From positions 1 to 48,703 of the forward strand of contig JABICI010000023.1 of NCBI GenBank assembly GCA_018652335.1: a DNA stretch of 48,703 bases, given 5' to 3'. The position numbers and the translations under genes were made by a program. This DNA is from Flavobacteriales bacterium. Lineage in GTDB: Bacteria; Bacteroidota; Bacteroidia; Flavobacteriales; BACL11. Below, piece by piece: positions 47,694-48,703 of the stretch. Numbering within the stretch: position 1 is the first letter of the stretch; each line of letters starts with the position of its first letter. The notes beneath the pieces are model-generated. The model did no database searches and was not told the DNA's origin. It worked only from the letters and a program-made list of their open reading frames with translations.

Positions 47694-48703
47694 ATGAAAA
47701 ATTATAAAAATTATGCATTAGGGAGTTGGGTTAAAGGAGAAGGAGAAGGTACAGCACTTTTCAATTCAATTTCTGGTAATCAAATTGGTACTGCATCTTC
47801 TAAAGGTCTTGATTTTGCAGAAATGATGAATTATGCTAGAAAAACTGGCGGACCTGCACTAAGAAAAATGACCTTTCAAGAAAGAGGTTTAATGCTAAAA
47901 TCCCTAGCATTACATTTACATTCTGTCAAAAATAAATTCTATGCAGTAAGCGCTGAAACTGGAGCTACAAAAATTGACTCATGGATAGACATTGAAGGTG
48001 GAATAGGAAATGTATTTGCTAATGCATCATTAAGAAAAAACTTCCCTGACCTTCCTTATCATATAGATGGAGATATGGCCCCATTGTCAAAAAATGGATC
48101 ATTTATTGGTCATCATATTATGACTCCAAAAGAAGGTGTTGCTATTCATATAAATGCATTTAATTTTCCAATTTGGGGGATGCTAGAAAAAATTGCAGTT
48201 AATTTAATGGCAGGCGTACCAGCAATTGTTAAACCTGCAACACTAACATCATTTCTAACTGAGTATATGGTTCGTGAGATAGTGGATTCTGGGATACTTC
48301 CTGAAGGTTGTCTTCAGCTAATATGTGGTAGTGCAAGAGGAATAATTGACAGTGTAGAAACTGGAGATATTGTAACTTTTACAGGATCTGCAGATACTGG
48401 TAAAATGTTAAAATCACATCCCAGATTGATAGATAAAGCAGTACCGTTTAATATGGAAGCTGACTCTTTAAATTGTTCAGTTCTTGGTACAGATGCAGTA
48501 CCTGGAACAGTTGAATTTGATTTATTCATTAAAGAAGTTCAAAAAGAGATGACAGTTAAAGCAGGCCAGAAATGTACTGCAGTTAGACGAATCATAGTTC
48601 CTGAAAGTTTAGTAGAAGATGTTCAAATTGCACTAGGAAAAAGATTATCTAAAACAACTATTGGTAACCCTTCAGTAGATGGTGTAAGAATGGGTTCTCT
48701 TGC
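47694..48703 (+). CDS. paaZ: Oxepin-CoA hydrolase/aldehyde dehydrogenase PaaZ, N-terminal part, runs off the right edge
   Basis: Read manually: MKNYKNYALGSWVKGEG...GGPALRKMTFQERGLMLK...DSWIDIEGGIG...HINAFNFPIWGMLEK...FTGSA.TG...MEADSLN...MTVKAGQKCTAVRR. Confidence 0.93.
   Translation, partial: MKNYKNYALGSWVKGEGEGTALFNSISGNQIGTASSKGLDFAEMMNYARKTGGPALRKMTFQERGLMLKSLALHLHSVKNKFYAVSAETGATKIDSWIDIEGGIGNVFANASLRKNFPDLPYHIDGDMAPLSKNGSFIGHHIMTPKEGVAIHINAFNFPIWGMLEKIAVNLMAGVPAIVKPATLTSFLTEYMVREIVDSGILPEGCLQLICGSARGIIDSVETGDIVTFTGSADTGKMLKSHPRLIDKAVPFNMEADSLNCSVLGTDAVPGTVEFDLFIKEVQKEMTVKAGQKCTAVRRIIVPESLVEDVQIALGKRLSKTTIGNPSVDGVRMGSL

Noticed and set aside
3819-48529. Short alternative-frame or antisense ORFs in the track (e.g. 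3819, 7502, 9806, 11997, 15986, 20113, 27363, 30300, 33751, 39026, 42541, 48314)
   Set aside because: They lie within or across well-supported genes and show no recognisable motifs; treated as shadow ORFs.
1-48703. CRISPR arrays, transposases, prophage or defence genes
   Set aside because: No regularly spaced repeats or recognisable mobile or defence protein motifs seen.

Overview
Very AT-rich, gene-dense chromosomal segment of a streamlined Bacteroidota genome, most likely a marine Flavobacteriales. Support: TAnnTTTG -7 promoters, T9SS cargo proteins, a fused E1 alpha/beta 2-oxoacid dehydrogenase and short intergenic gaps. It carries housekeeping genes (aroK, aroC, trmD-rplS, fabG, hutI, yciH), four tRNAs (Leu-GAG, Lys-TTT, Pro-TGG, Ser-GCT), several T9SS-secreted proteins, a domain-inverted short photolyase with a flavin reductase, a family-5 ABC transporter with no adjacent ATPase, and a phenylacetate cluster (paaE / paaABCDGHIJY-Z). 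No transposase, integrase, prophage or CRISPR array is visible. The standout is a minus-strand operon at 27406-30540: a probably leaderless His/Cys-rich upstream ORF (CxxC, C-terminal KSPP; CruR/DUF2946-like), a terminator-like hairpin, a TonB-dependent receptor, a complete type I hammerhead ribozyme (27763-27814) starting right after the receptor stop codon, and a surface lipoprotein with CxxCH and a His-rich tail. Also found outside the ORF track: two collapsed T9SS-cargo remnants (signal-peptide start joined to the CTD end), a 36-aa FeoB-associated-like Cys-rich peptide, and the partial wza-like and paaZ genes at the window edges. Products were assigned by motif recognition only; no database searches were run.
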